A DNA stretch of 64,000 bases from the NCBI RefSeq assembly GCF_006345805.1, contig NC_043002.1, forward strand, positions 1,488,001 through 1,552,000, written 5' to 3'. Position 1 is the first letter of the stretch. Each line of letters starts with the position of its first letter. Below are positions 51,369 through 64,000 of this stretch, piece by piece. This stretch comes from Octopus sinensis (Eukaryota). A program made the translations under genes and the position numbers. The notes under the pieces are model-generated. The model had not been told where the DNA came from, did no database searches, and saw only the letters and a program-made list of their open reading frames with translations.

Positions 51369-52333
51369 TCAATATCTATAAAGCTGAAATGTGAAGAATT
51401 TGTCCTATTTTGGGATGGGAACGGTTTAAGGGGCGCTAGATGGGGTCGGATTGGCTCCAAAATTTACAGGCACGTGTAAAAAAAGGCGAGGAAGCGACTG
51501 GACTAGGTTAGAAACCTCATCTCAAAAGCTGTGGTTACTAGGGCAGCAAAACTCAGACTTTGACAAGTGTTTGTCGTTTCTCGCTTTCGGATATCACCTT
51601 GTCTTCCTCCATCTCTCTCTTTCCTTCCTTCCCTCCATTTTCCCTCTATAACGACGTTTGACAGCTTCGTCTCTCTGTCACTTTTTCTCCCACCACCTCT
51701 CTCACTGTACGTCTGTCAGTATCTATAGAGAGAAAACGTTGACAGCCGCAAAAGTTTAAATATTCTCGCTACAGGTCTTTTAGAATGGTGAATTATTATC
51801 GCCCTCCACCACCGCACAATTATAACAGATATTATTTATCAGATATATTGTGTTAATTTATATATATTTAAGTGTTGCTGCAGGGGCGATAGGCGATTAT
51901 CCTTAATTGTGGGTGTAAAAATTTGGGGGATTTTGGAAAGGGGGGTAAAATTTTTCAACTTTTAAAAAAAGTACATTATTGCCCTAGTTTTAGATTTAAT
52001 TTTTTTGTGTTACATTATTTGGTTGACATGGGTAAAAATGGCATTGTATTAAAGGCCAAAATTTTAGCTTTCATTTGGATCATGAACTGTCAAAATATAC
52101 AAGAAAAGAGTATCAAATTTCACAAAATTTTAAGTAATTTTGAATTATTTTTGTGATTTTACGTGCACACGTAAGAGAAAGCGAGGGAGAGACCGAGATA
52201 AAGGTAGAGTAAGAGGGTGGGAAAGTGAGAGAGAAACAAAGAGGGAGAATGTGGGGATAAGAAACAGAAAGAAAGCAACAGAAAGTAACAACCACACCCT
52301 CACCCGCGCGTAGAGCGGGTCACATTAAGCTAG
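51369..52333 (+). mobile_element. Non-autonomous Helitron
   Basis: 5' A|TCAATATCTATAAAGCTGAA; 3' hairpin ACCCGC-GCGTAGA-GCGGGT then CTAG. Confidence 0.85.
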
Positions 52334-52870
52334 TCTCTATTTATAAAGTTGAAATGTGAAAAGTTTGTTTGCCTGGTTCTGGGATTGGAACAGGTTAAAG
52401 GGCACTAGATTGGGTCGGATTGGCCCCAAAATTTACAAGGACATGTAAACAGAGGCGAGGAAGTGAGTGAGTGGACTAGGTTAGAAATCCCTATCGCAAA
52501 AGCTGTGGTTACAAGGGCCACAAAACCCAGACTTTGACAAGTGTTTGTCGTTTCTCGCTTTCGCATAACTGCCTGTTTTCTTCCGTCTCTCTCTTTCCTC
52601 CCTTCCCTCCAATTTCTCTCTATAACGACGTTTGAAAGCTTCGTCTCTCTTTCCCCCGCCACCTTTGCACGCTCTGTCCCTCTTTATCCCACCGCTTCTT
52701 TCTCTTTCTCTCTCTGTACGTCTGTCTGCATTCATAGAGAGAAAGTGTTAACAGCCGCAAAATTTTGAATATTCCCGCCATAGGTCCTTTACAACGGTGA
52801 ATTATTATCGCCCACCACTACCAGACAATCATGGGAACAAATATTATGAATCAGATATTTATTAGGTAAA
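52334..52870 (+). mobile_element. Second tandem Helitron copy, 3' part missing
   Basis: Begins at the CTAG|TCTCTATTTATAAAGTTGAA junction; homologous to 51369-51850. Confidence 0.8.
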
Positions 52871-53095
52871 TTAATATATGTGTGCATGTGTGTATCTATA
52901 TATAAATATGTATATATAATGTATATATACACAAAGTGTATATATCTGTATTTATATATATATATATATATATATGTAATTTGTATACATTTGTATATAT
53001 AATGCATACACACACACACAAACATATATATATATGATTATATATGTACATATATATATTTATTGCGTATATATATATATATATATATATATATA

Positions 53096-54079
53096 CGAGG
53101 GGCGTTCAATAAGTAATGCCTCTGACCCACTTGCAGTTGTTTGATCTAGCTGAAAGTTTGCATGTGCAATTATTCATATCTCTATAGATTAAGTGGCAAA
53201 TTACAGCTCTGAACTAATTGTGGTTTCCTATTTACAGGTGTTTGAACTGAGTCAAGTGTGAAATGTTGAGTGTCGAGCAGTGATCCGGTTTTTGTATTTG
53301 AAAGGACGCACACCACGGGAGACTTTTGATGAAATGAAAGAAACTTATGGTGATGATGCCCCATCATATGACCTTGTAAAACGCTGGCATTGTGAATTCA
53401 AACATGGTCGGAACTCTGTGGAAACAGCTCCCAGATCTGGTCGCCCCCTTCTGCCATTGATGAGGCTGCCATTTTGGAAGATCGACGCATAACTATTCGC
53501 CAAATAGCCCATGAGGTCAAGAGTAGTACCGGGTCTGTGGAAACTATCATTCATGACCATTTGCATATGCAAAAGGTGTCTACCAGATGTCTTCCCAGGT
53601 TGCTCACACCTTTCCAGAAGCAAGAACGCGTCGATTGCTCGAGGATGAATTTGGAGATGTGCCAAGAAGATGAGTCAAAATTTTTCAAAAGACTGATTGC
53701 ATAGGATAAAACCTGGGTCCATCACTATGATCCAGAGACCAAAGCCCAGTCAATGCAGTGGAAGCACCGTGACTCACCTCCTCCAAAGAAGGCAAGGGTG
53801 CAGCCCTCCGCTGGCAAGGTCATGCTTACAGGACGGAGTAGTGAAGACAGATTTCCTGGCAAAGGGTGCCACAATTACAGGAGTCTATTATGCTTCACTT
53901 TTGAGGAAATTAAGAGAAGCTATCAAAATCAAGAGGCGGGGCAAGATCAGCAAAGGCATCCTCCTCCTGCAGGATAACGCTCCGATCCACAACTCGCGTG
54001 TCGCCAGATCATAAGCACAGGCGTGCGGCTATGAACTCATCCCTCATCCCTCCTACTCTCCTGACCTTGCACCCTCTGA
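53096..54079 (+). mobile_element. Mariner DD34D, second copy of the 12794 family, 3'-truncated
   Basis: Same left TIR; QDNAPIH...YSPDLAPS(D) gives 34-residue spacing; breaks at the third Asp codon. Confidence 0.9.
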
Positions 54080-55790
54080 ATTTTTTAGATGTTACCTTGT
54101 GTTTAAATACCGGTCTTTATTATCCCTTTCGTAAGCCCAATAAATCCATATCATATATTAATGTATCATCCAATCACCCAAAATCTACAATAGACAGCAT
54201 TATTGCGGCGATTTCGACTAGAATGTTCAATTTATCTGCGAATTAAGAAAGTTTTGAACAGCATGCACCGGTATATAATAATGCTCTGAAGTTAAGTGGA
54301 TTCAAGACAAAAATATCATGTATCCCTGATACTAGATTCAGAAACAAAATGGCTGGTTTGCCACTTAAACACGCCACGAATGCTATGAATAAATGCAGAG
54401 TACCACCTGACTGCAATAATAAGAGGCCTTTGAGTAGTAATGCGTTTAGGGATGCTGGTAATAGGTACAGGTATAAGAAAAGTAATAATGTTGGCAAGGA
54501 GATTAACAAAACGGGAGGTTCACGGTCTAGAATCGGGGAAGTTATTTGGTTCGCTGCCCCCTTTCTCCCTTAGAGTAAGGAACTTACGAAAAATGTTTTT
54601 TAGAATTTTGAAGGAGAAATTCCCAAGGAATCATAAATACTTTAGTATTTGCAACAAGTCAACTATCAAGTTCTTTTACTCTTTGATGCCTAATTTTGCT
54701 TCGATTATTGCATCAGGGTAGTTGGAAACGTTCGTTTGAGGATGACCCAGGACCTGTGAATAATAATTCTGTAACGCCCAATGACAATGGCACAAACAGT
54801 CTGCCTTCACCGGGTCTATTGAACCCGAGTAATAAGGGAGGATCTGACGGAATGAAAGAAGGAAACCTGTCTAGAACCGATAATGCAAAAAGTAATGGTA
54901 AGAATAGAAATAAAACTAGGAAAGGCCCCGGGAAGAACATGTAATTGTAGAAACCCCGAATTATGTCCCTTGGATGGTTCCTGTCTAGTTACTAACGTTA
55001 TATATAAATGTGTAGTCAAGGACGCGGATAAATTAAATAAATTCTATATAGGTAGTACGGTAGATTTTAAAGCTAGATATAGATCACATATGAGCTCTTT
55101 TTCTAATGATAAATATTGTAATTCAACCACACTTGCAACCCATATACATAATTTGAAGAATAATAATAAGAATTAATGGCCCATTATCTAGAATGGCCCA
55201 TTGTCTCTAAAACCCCAAGCTTCAAAGGAAATATTAGCAAATTAAGCTGTGTATAAGGGAATCCCTTACCATCCTTAAGTGTTTGGGACCATACACTTTG
55301 AATAAATTTACTGATGTGATTCCTTTTGCATCCATAAATTTTCGTCTACCTTCTTAAAAGGAATAAAAAGTCGTAGTAATTAAATCATTTAGTTCTTACA
55401 GGAAATTAAAACCGTCGAGGTTGAATTTAATTTAATACACCCATTTATATAGTTAATAATTTCTTCCTTGTTTTAAAAAATAATCTTTGAATATTTGGGC
55501 TGGTCTGAGCATGACTTCTTAAATAAGTAACCATGCAATATTGCATCAGGTTTGGTTAAAGAAATCTCGCCGTGGTATGTGATGTGTTTTTTTCTTCCCC
55601 TGATGAAGGAGTAATTATCGTGATGCCCTTGGGCATTAAATACGGTAATGAACTCCTGAAATGGCCATAGGGAATGTGAATATGGTTTCTTCTTTTTTGC
55701 TTAGACACTGGCTTTTCATAATAGGTTTCCCTGTTAAATTAAAAAGTAATTTTTAATCGAAAAAATTTCTAAACGATGAACTTTTATCTT
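54080..55790 (+). mobile_element. 5'-truncated Penelope-like element (Naiad-like by motif): RT C-terminus, GIY-YIG and 3' HHR
   Basis: NFLDVTL..YYPFRKPN..YINVSSNHP; CNCRNPELCPLDGSCLVTNVIYKC..FYIGST..FKARYRSH..NSTTLATHI; stops and frameshifts; HHR at 55595-55674. Confidence 0.88.
55595..55674 (+). ncRNA. Type I HHR, intact, extended stem II
   Basis: TTCCC-CTGATGA-AGGAG-[..ATGCCC-TT-GGGCAT..]-CTCCT-GAA-ATGG-CCAT-A-GGGAA; predicted cleavage after A55669. Confidence 0.9.
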
Positions 55791-56135
55791 ACGTTATATA
55801 TTATATATTTATATGTTTCCTATATATATATGTATTTTTATATTTATATATATTTATATATTTCTTTATATTTTTATACATTTATTATTCTAGATATTAT
55901 AATATTAAGATATATATTTTTCTATTCGCTAAAGTATTAATCTTTAATCACGATAGACTCTACTCACACATTTCTCTTATATGCTTGTATCAATGAATTA
56001 TGTTTCATCTTCTGTGATTTTATGCATCTGTATTCTATGTGTAAGAAAAAGCATTCTGTGATTAAATGTTCGACATGTGATATGTTACGTGGATGACCTT
56101 ATATTTGTTTGTTCTGCAACCATAGTTTACTATAT

Positions 56136-56186
<51 letters not shown>

Positions 56187-56199
56187 TATATATAATGTG

Positions 56200-56562
56200 T
56201 GCATTATACGGACGGATTGAGCTGAGAATACGCACACCTATGTTAAAAGTTCTGGCGAGTTTGCATGGCAACTATTTTTTTCCTCAGATGAATGGCGTGA
56301 CCTCTAGGACAAAATTCTTCGTCTTTTAAAATGTGACCCGAGTAGACCCGAATGAAATCGGGTTATATTAACCAAACAAGTTGAACAATGAAAAACTATA
56401 CCATTTTAAGGTTTGCTCAATTGGGAGGTGTGGCGTCTAGGGCAAAATTCCTCATCTTTTAAAGTGTGGCCTGCGTAGACCCGAATGAAATCGGGTTATA
56501 ATACCGATACGAATAAAACAATAAGCTATTTTAATTCCGAGCAAGACCGGGTTTCTCTGCTA
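56200..56562 (+). mobile_element. Helitron-like 3' fragment with internal duplication
   Basis: Duplicated block TAGACCCGAATGAAATCGGGTTATAT; terminus CCGAGCAAGACCGGG...CTGCTA resembles the 18935 Helitron end. Confidence 0.6.
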
Positions 56563-57806
56563 TCTATATATATAAAAGAGGCTTTGGGTCAAAATTGTGT
56601 GCACAGAGGTTGGCGGCCGGACCAGTGGTCTGATCGAGCTGAAAATTGACACAGGCATAGAAGGCGTGATGAGGCAGAGAGTTGAGTAGGTTAAAACTGG
56701 CCATTTGGAAATATGCGTTTGCTATCGTGAGAAGAGCGATTTTTTATTGATTCAAGGGGGCTCAAAGCCCCTCCAGATTGGCTCGATTGGCATCTAATCC
56801 AATCTATAAAATGAAGAAGGTGAATTAGGTAGTAATCCAGGTAGTAATTTCCAGGAAATGCCCTAATCCTCGAAACTTTGCAGGAAGTACCCATATACCT
56901 CCTGGAAAGTATTAGTGCTGCATATAGCCCTTGTGTACAGTTTTCATTTGCATGGTCAATCGTCGAAAAATTCCCCAAATAAGTACTAAATTTAACAAAG
57001 AAATCCTTTTTTCCTTATTCCTAATCGCACAGATAGGGGCACGTACATGTATTCTTTCCAGGAAGTACCCTACTCCTCGGAACTTTCCAGGAAATACCAC
57101 AATCCTCGGAACTTTCCGGGAAGTAATTTTCCCTAGTCATCGGAACTTTCCAGGAAGTACCATATTCCTCCAAACTTTCCAGGAAGTAATTTTCCCTAAT
57201 CCTCGGAACATTCCAGTAAATACCCTAGTCATCAGTACTTTCTAAGAAATACCTATCCTCGGAGCATTCCAGGAAATAATTTTCCCTAATCCTCGGAACT
57301 TTCCATGAACTACTCTATTCCTCGGAGCTTTCAAGGAAGTACCATAATCCTCGGAACTTTCGAGGAAGTTTTGAATACCAGCCATGGTGAGTCTACTATC
57401 CCCAGATTCTATCCCCTCAAAGTTCGTTTTCCAATATTTTTAATTTTCATTCAGCACGCAAGTTCGTCTGTCCCTTTAAATGTTAGTGTTTTGCTGTCCG
57501 CCTTGAAGCAGACCTTTCCGTTGTCACTGCCTGATATTTATGATTGATCTTTCAATATATTTACCTTTTCAACTTACTCAAGATCTTTTGTTCTTTATAA
57601 ATGGGAGATAGATAGATAGAGAGAGATAGAGAGTAAGAGACAGCGAGGGAGAGTCCGAGAGAAACGAAGAGTAGGAGAGTGGGAAAGTGAGAGAGAAGGG
57701 AGAAAGAAATAAAGAGGGAAAATGGTGCGATAAGAAACAGAAAAGAAGCAACGGAAAGTAACAACCACACCCTCACCCGCGCGTAGAGCGGGTCACCTTA
57801 AGCTAG
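56563..57806 (+). mobile_element. Non-autonomous Helitron with internal minisatellite
   Basis: 5' TCTATATATATAAAAG; 3' ~190 bp homologous to 52150-52333 including the same hairpin and CTAG; followed by a TCTGTTTATAAA stub. Confidence 0.8.
57040..57365. repeat. ~29-bp minisatellite (TTTCCAGGAAGTACCCTAATCCTCGGAAC-like)
   Basis: About 11 degenerate tandem units read directly. Confidence 0.85.
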
Positions 57807-57930
57807 TCTGTTTATAAATTGTAACTTCCCATGTTGCATTCCTTTCAGTACCGTATAAATTTATTTAAGTAGTTTGACTTTAGAATCCCATTATAGGATT
57901 TACTTATAGTAATAGCACTAAATATAGTTA

Positions 57931-57981
<51 letters not shown>

Positions 57982-58149
57982 CGCGAGCCTGTATGCGGGT
58001 ATGTATATACTTTTTGGTGAATGTGTGGGTGAGTATATACATATAGGCGCATGTACATGTGCGTGCAGGCGCTCATGTATATGTAGGGACATGCGCACTT
58101 ACGCGATTACTATGAATATTTTTACTCCCTTACCTTTACTCCCTCCCCT

Positions 58150-58692
58150 TACTTAGCGGCCATTCTAATACCTCTTTTGTCTTAATATCGGGGCTTACAG
58201 TCTGGGAAGTTAGATGGCCAGATGTTAGGGGTGGTAGGTTTTTTGCTTGTGTAGCATGACGCACAGTCCTGTTGCTAGACATAGGGTTCTCCAGCACATA
58301 GAACAGCACTACTTCCTCTAGGCACTTGATGTGGGCATCCATGTTGAGTCTGAGGCCGTGTGGGAAGATGAATGGAGGAATAACGTCGCCATCACTAGTG
58401 ATAACTTCGAATACCATGATATTGATTGGATATTTGATTTTTATCACTCTTGGTACATGTTTTGGGGAGACGGCAATCCATCAGATTGAAACCCAGTCAC
58501 TCTGAAATATTCGTAATGGAGCTTCCGGCACGAATGCCAAGCAGTACATCATGTCGTTTCCAGATTTATGGCAGAGTGAATGGTGCTGTTTTTTTCTCTC
58601 ACATATTAAGTAGTCGACACAATTTGAAACAAATAATGTGAATGCATAAAATTAAAAATGTAAAATGGCAACAATTTCCCCATCGCACCCTG
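58150..58692 (-). mobile_element. Tc1/mariner maT(DD37D)-like fragment
   Basis: IMVFEVITSDGDVIPPFIFPHGLRLN; left end TA|CAGGGTGCGATGGGAAA; subfamily inferred from motif, spacing not countable. Confidence 0.7.
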
Positions 58693-58878
58693 TATATATC
58701 ACAATGTCTAAGGAGAGTCATTCTCTTTTAGTGCCTTACTAAAAGAGAATTACTCTCCCCAGATATAATAAAGTATGCTTCAACACACGAATTCCCATAA
58801 AGAATCTTACAAACCAAATACAAAAACGAAATATATACATGTATGTGTATATATATATATATATATAGAAATAGAGCG

Positions 58879-58960
<82 letters not shown>

Positions 58961-60115
58961 TTGGTTTAATTGATGGTTGTTCTGGTTCTCACTCTACAGT
59001 CTGCGATTGGATTGAGAAGAACCAGACACACATTTTCAATGTTTCTATTTTCCTCTTCCATATAACATTTGTATTTGCTCCTTTCAAAATTTGTCACCAA
59101 ACAAATCCAGAGAAAAATTTTAATACCTTATCGAAATGTAGTTATTAGAAATGAAGAACGAACACATTTAAATGGTTTCATTAAATATCAGAATATATTA
59201 ACAGCTATCTGTAATTTTGAGAATCACAAGATATAAATCAAAATTTTATTAGTTGCAGATTTGGGTAGGAAGCATTAATCTTGCCTTCTCGTCAACTGAT
59301 TTGGAGCAGAAAGTATTTGCCATGATATTCTACTCCAATATAGCATTTCTTCAATAGATATGTTGATACTGTCAGTAAAGTCCTGGCAGGAAGAAATGAA
59401 TTATTGTTGATGCGAATGCTATCTAAAATCGCTCTATTAAATTTCTACATCCTTACCTGATTTGCCACTGCATTCGCATAGCTAATTAACTAATTATCTA
59501 CTTACGGATTTGATATAATTAGGTAATTACCCAGAGCTGTAAGTAGAGTTTGTTATTCTAAGAACACGGGAAATAATTAATATCAAATAAAACTTTAGTT
59601 GTGATGAATATGAGTAACCGTAGACATATTAATTATTGTTGAAAATCAATGACTCATTTGCCAAGTTGAAAATACATTTCGATTTAATCAAACTGGAAAT
59701 ATCAATAAATTCATTTTAGAACAACAGACATCTGTTGAAGTGATTCAATTACATTCCCCAGAATTAGGAATTAATCTACTCTATACAGGGGAATATCAAA
59801 GGGATTAGAATACATGGTTACAATATTTCCGCTAGGCTCTTATTTCAAGTTCACTAGAAAGCAGTCTCGTGAGAGTTATAGCAAATGTTTTGTTTATTTT
59901 ATGGCTTATAATTACTTCGACTATCTTTTCAGTTGCACTATATCTTCTTATTAACTGTTCTTCTTACCTGTTGCCCTAGATTTGTTACAGGGGAATCCAG
60001 TGTAATAATTAAACTCCTTTAGCCCACAACTCTCATTTGTATATAATTGAATATTACATTTCTTAAAATCAGGTTTATTAATTTTCTGTTTGTTATTTAG
60101 AGCAATATACCTTAT

Positions 60116-60275
60116 CTGACTGACAGAATCGTTAGTGCGCCGAACAAAATTCATTGTAGTAGTTATCCAGAGCTCTTTTACGTCCTGAGTTCAAATCCCG
60201 CAGGAATTAACTCTTTTTATTTTTCTGGGGATAGATGAATAAAGTAGAGTTCAATAAAAATAATCGATGTAATCC
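60116..60275 (+). mobile_element. SINE fragment (6765-6978 family)
   Basis: GACAGAATCGTTAGTGCGCCG...CCTGAGTTCAAATCCCGC. Confidence 0.65.
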
Positions 60276-60949
60276 TTTCGAAGTATTCATGCTTTTGTGC
60301 AAGTATCACAATCTGCCATTTAAAGAGATACATTGTCATAGTTTCTCTTTAACTAAATATCTGTTTTTGTTAGGAAAGAAGGAATAAATGGATTTCAGAC
60401 AGCATGGGCACCAAGCAACAGCAAGACACCGTTACATTTTAATGTATCATCAATAATACGTTGAACTAAAATTATTGATTTGGAATTTATTTAGAATATT
60501 CTACACTCTAAATTGTCCAAAATGTATTTATGTCTTATGATTTACCATGAAGCTATATCTATTGTTAAATGTTTTGAACCGATTTTACATTGTAGGTTCT
60601 CTTATTCGTAAACCTCCAACTTTTCCTTCTCTTCGGTTGCATGCAGTTCTTTTTTATTTCTTGGTGGACACTATATAAGCTTTTATATAGTGCTACTTCT
60701 GAATAGGCCTTTCGTGGATGTGTGCACCATTACTGGAAATATGCGTACAATGTATATATGTATTGTAATATTTTGTGACAACCAGGACTTAACACAACAA
60801 AGCTTTTACATTTTACTTTTGACAATCTTTTTCTAAAAAAGTGAAAACCGGTCAAGTGAATAAACATCTTTTAAAATTGCATTTTCAAACCTATATATAT
60901 ATATATATATATATATGTTTTGCGTCCAAAATGTACACATGCAGTTGAA

Positions 60950-61760
60950 AACCTGTCCATTAAACGTTACATATTCCCGTCTGAGTGTGCCAACAAATCA
61001 GCCTCATCATCATAAAGTAATTCTCTAATAATTAGCTTGGAGACAACCAAAGTATTGTTTACTCCTGTGGCAGGACAAACATATTCTGAAGCAAACATTT
61101 TTGTGAATGGAACAAGGTGAGAAGTCGTTGACGCCTTTGTTTACCTAGGGACCATACTGTCAAGAGATGGTAGTCTTGATGCAGAGATATACTCTCGAAT
61201 AGCGAAGGGAAGTGTTACATTTGGAAAGCTCGAAAAGCGAGTATGGGCGGATAATGGTATTTCCCTGCAGGCAAAAATCAGTGTATAAAAGGAGTGTATA
61301 AAAGGAGTGTATTGTCAACACTTCTTTATTCAAATGACGCATGGTCACTTACAATCGTCACAGAAAACTTCTGGAGAAATTTCATCAAGTGTCTCAAGCG
61401 TATCTTAGGAGTCAAGTGAGGATGTTTCATTCCAGATATAAAGGTTTTGCACATGGCACGTTGCAGCTCAATTGAACATGTTATCTTGGCTGAAATGAGA
61501 TGGACTGGACATGTTATTAGAATGAAAAACGAACGGTTGCTACAGCTTCTTTTTTATGGTGAGCTCAATTCTGGTAAGCGACCACAACATAAGGCGAGGA
61601 AAATGTATAAAGTCTGTTTCAAGGAAAACCTGAAGGAACTAGATATGCACAAAAGTGATTGGGAAAATGGTGTTCTGGATCGGAACAAGTGGAGAGGTGC
61701 TGTTAGGACCAGTTGCAATACCCGGGAGGAACAGATGATTCAGCACTCTTTAACTTAAAA
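60950..61760 (+). mobile_element. RTE-BovB-like LINE 3' fragment
   Basis: FVYLGTILSRDGSLDAEIYSRIAK, MRWTGHVIRM, LFYGELNSGKRP, DRNKWR. Confidence 0.85.
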
Positions 61761-62160
61761 GGCCTGTCGTAATTAACAATGAACATTGGATGTGTATTAT
61801 ATGTGAATCATATGAAGTCACAGGAAAAGCGTAATGCCCAGACAGGTAATGGTCTTGGACACCAACCGCCTCTTACGACTTGTGTCAGATGTCACAAAAC
61901 TCATAAGACAATATCTGGACTTAAAAGACATATGCTAGTTCACAAAACCATTCCTTCAGAATCAGATTCCAAAGGGCAAAGATACAGAAGAAACTTGAAT
62001 AATATCTGTCATCACTTTTTAAAACCTGTCAGTCAGCAGCTGATCTTAAAAGTCATCTAAAGGCTCATCAACAGAGTGATTGTATTGTGTGATAGGTGTG
62101 GTGTGTGTTGATGGGAAGGCTATCATCTCTCAAGAGGAAGCAATCATCATATATATATAT

Positions 62161-62201
<41 letters not shown>

Positions 62202-62227
62202 TCGCTCGCTCGCTCGCTCGCTCGCTC

Positions 62228-62301
<74 letters not shown>

Positions 62302-63710
62302 AAGTAAAGTGGACAAATCTAACAGTCATTCATCTGCTTTCCTCTGCTTATAATATAACAATCTTGACTTTAGCCTAAATGTTATATGGCAAACGCGTTC
62401 ACGATATTCCTTTCAATCATCTTATATTTTCTATTATAATTTTGTACAAAATTCATTATCATAATTTTTTATAGTTCAATGATACTTCTTGGAATTCCTT
62501 CTGCTCGCTCATTGTTTAACAGCTCTCTTCGTTTCACTAAGAGCTATGATATAATATGTTATCTATTTCAAAGCTGCAAATTTTATAGTTAACAAAAATT
62601 TATAGGTTCTTTTAGAATATATATCAATATTTGACATTTATAACTTTTTAATATTTCTAACCTTGAAGATCGTAAACATTAAATATTTCCCTTCATTTTA
62701 TTGGATGTATTCAAAAGATCTACGTTCCGCTTTTATTGCGGTTGTCAAGCAATTACCGTTTATTAGAAAATCGTAAATCGAAATATATTGAGCCTTAATG
62801 GTGGAATATTTCATTCATTTGAAGCTGGCTTGAATGCACCATTGGAGATAATTCTGCAAAATTGTTGTTAATATTAGAAAGTAAATTGGTTGCTTCTCAA
62901 ACAGATTCCTTCTTGGTGTGGCCATTGATAGAATAACATCAAAGCACACAAAATTCTAATCAGCATGTAGAACTATAACAAAAAAGAAATCCTACTAAAT
63001 TCTGTAATATTATATATTATTACAGAATTTACTGGAGAATCCAATGAAAACTTAATAAAATATCAAATTAAATTTGTCTGCTAGTATGCGATTTGACATA
63101 TTTACTTTAAATATATAAATGTTTTTATGCACATGCGCACATATCCATACTCACACATATACACAGACGCTCCCACACATGTATACATACACACATACGC
63201 ACAGATACGCACATATGTTGATAAATTATTAGCACCGTTCCGCTACATTGCTCATGCATTCCATGGCAAAGGAAAATTCGAAAAGTGGCTATCTCAGAAT
63301 CAATTCTGAAATGGTCCACTAAAACTCCTTCGCTGAAACTATTTCATTTGTTTCTAGTAAGAAATGAAGCCGAAGATCTGGAACGATCTGGCTTTTGCTG
63401 AGGCATTGTATTATTGTAGCATGCTTCGCTCCACTATGCAGAATCCACAAAATGCTTATATTTTCTCGCTATTCTCAGTGATGTTTACAGTTTATCAATG
63501 TGTGATTATGCCATTAAATGGAAGTCTAGGAAATATTGGTTTAGATAACTATTAATTAATTAACGTGTATAAAAAATTATTCAGTTTGTGGTAATATTTA
63601 ATACATTGGATATTAAAGCTTAACTGGAAATAACTATTCGGTGGAAAGATATTTGTGGTTCACTAATAATAAATTGCTTTGAATAGGCAAATAAAAAAAT
63701 AATTTTGGTT

Positions 63711-63761
63711 ATATTTCGGTTTTGTTATCACCTCATCAGTGAAGTACAGACTTCATCATAT
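63711..63761 (-). ncRNA. Candidate type III hammerhead with one extra nucleotide at the cleavage site
   Basis: ATAT-GA-TGAAGT-CTGT-ACTTCA-CTGATGA-GGT-GATAACAAA-ACC-GAA-ATAT. Confidence 0.55.
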
Positions 63762-63936
63762 TTGTGAAAATAATGATGAAAGCTTCGCTAAATGAACGTA
63801 AAAGAGTATTCACTGATTGAGTTGGAAAATAACTAAGTTTAGAGAATAACTGGATTATTCTCAAAACAATTCGTTGAAGAAAAAAAAGACAATTATGCTA
63901 GCGTTAACATATTTAATGCCAGTAGCATTAAGACAC

Positions 63937-63993
<57 letters not shown>

Positions 63994-64000
63994 AGGGAGC

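Noticed and set aside
54883-55330. Selenocysteine (UGA/SECIS) usage as reported for some Naiad elements
   Set aside because: The copy is too degenerate; no conserved in-frame UGA at a Cys position or SECIS could be identified
57040-57365. CRISPR-like 29-bp repeats
   Set aside because: Units are directly adjacent and degenerate with no unique spacers; a minisatellite inside a Helitron

Overview
AT-rich, microsatellite-dense eukaryotic non-coding DNA. The SINE and transposon families suggest an invertebrate, most likely a cephalopod such as Octopus (inference, not verified). No intact host gene, rRNA, tRNA or CRISPR array is supported. The window is a nested set of decayed mobile elements: Tc1/mariner (DD34D, DD34E-like, maT-like, DD41D), Helitrons (including head-to-tail CTAG|TC junctions), RTE, R4/Dong and CR1/L2 LINE fragments, tRNA-derived SINEs, fold-back MITE-like elements and several Penelope-like (GIY-YIG) retroelement fragments. 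The main signal not visible in the ORF track is about 16 hammerhead ribozyme (HHR) motifs from about 10 sequence-distinct families, found by eye on both strands. They include: (i) a ~364-bp non-coding unit with a compensatory U3-A8 catalytic core, inserted twice as circularly permuted 1.2-1.5-mers; (ii) a ~484-bp tandem array with one HHR per unit that flips orientation midway; (iii) three head-to-head inverted structures carrying an HHR on each strand; (iv) an intact HHR in the 3' region of a Penelope-like element; (v) a candidate type III HHR. Together these look like a retrozyme / ribozyme-circRNA system dependent on Penelope-like or microsatellite-targeting retroelements. Structures were folded by eye; activity and expression are untested.
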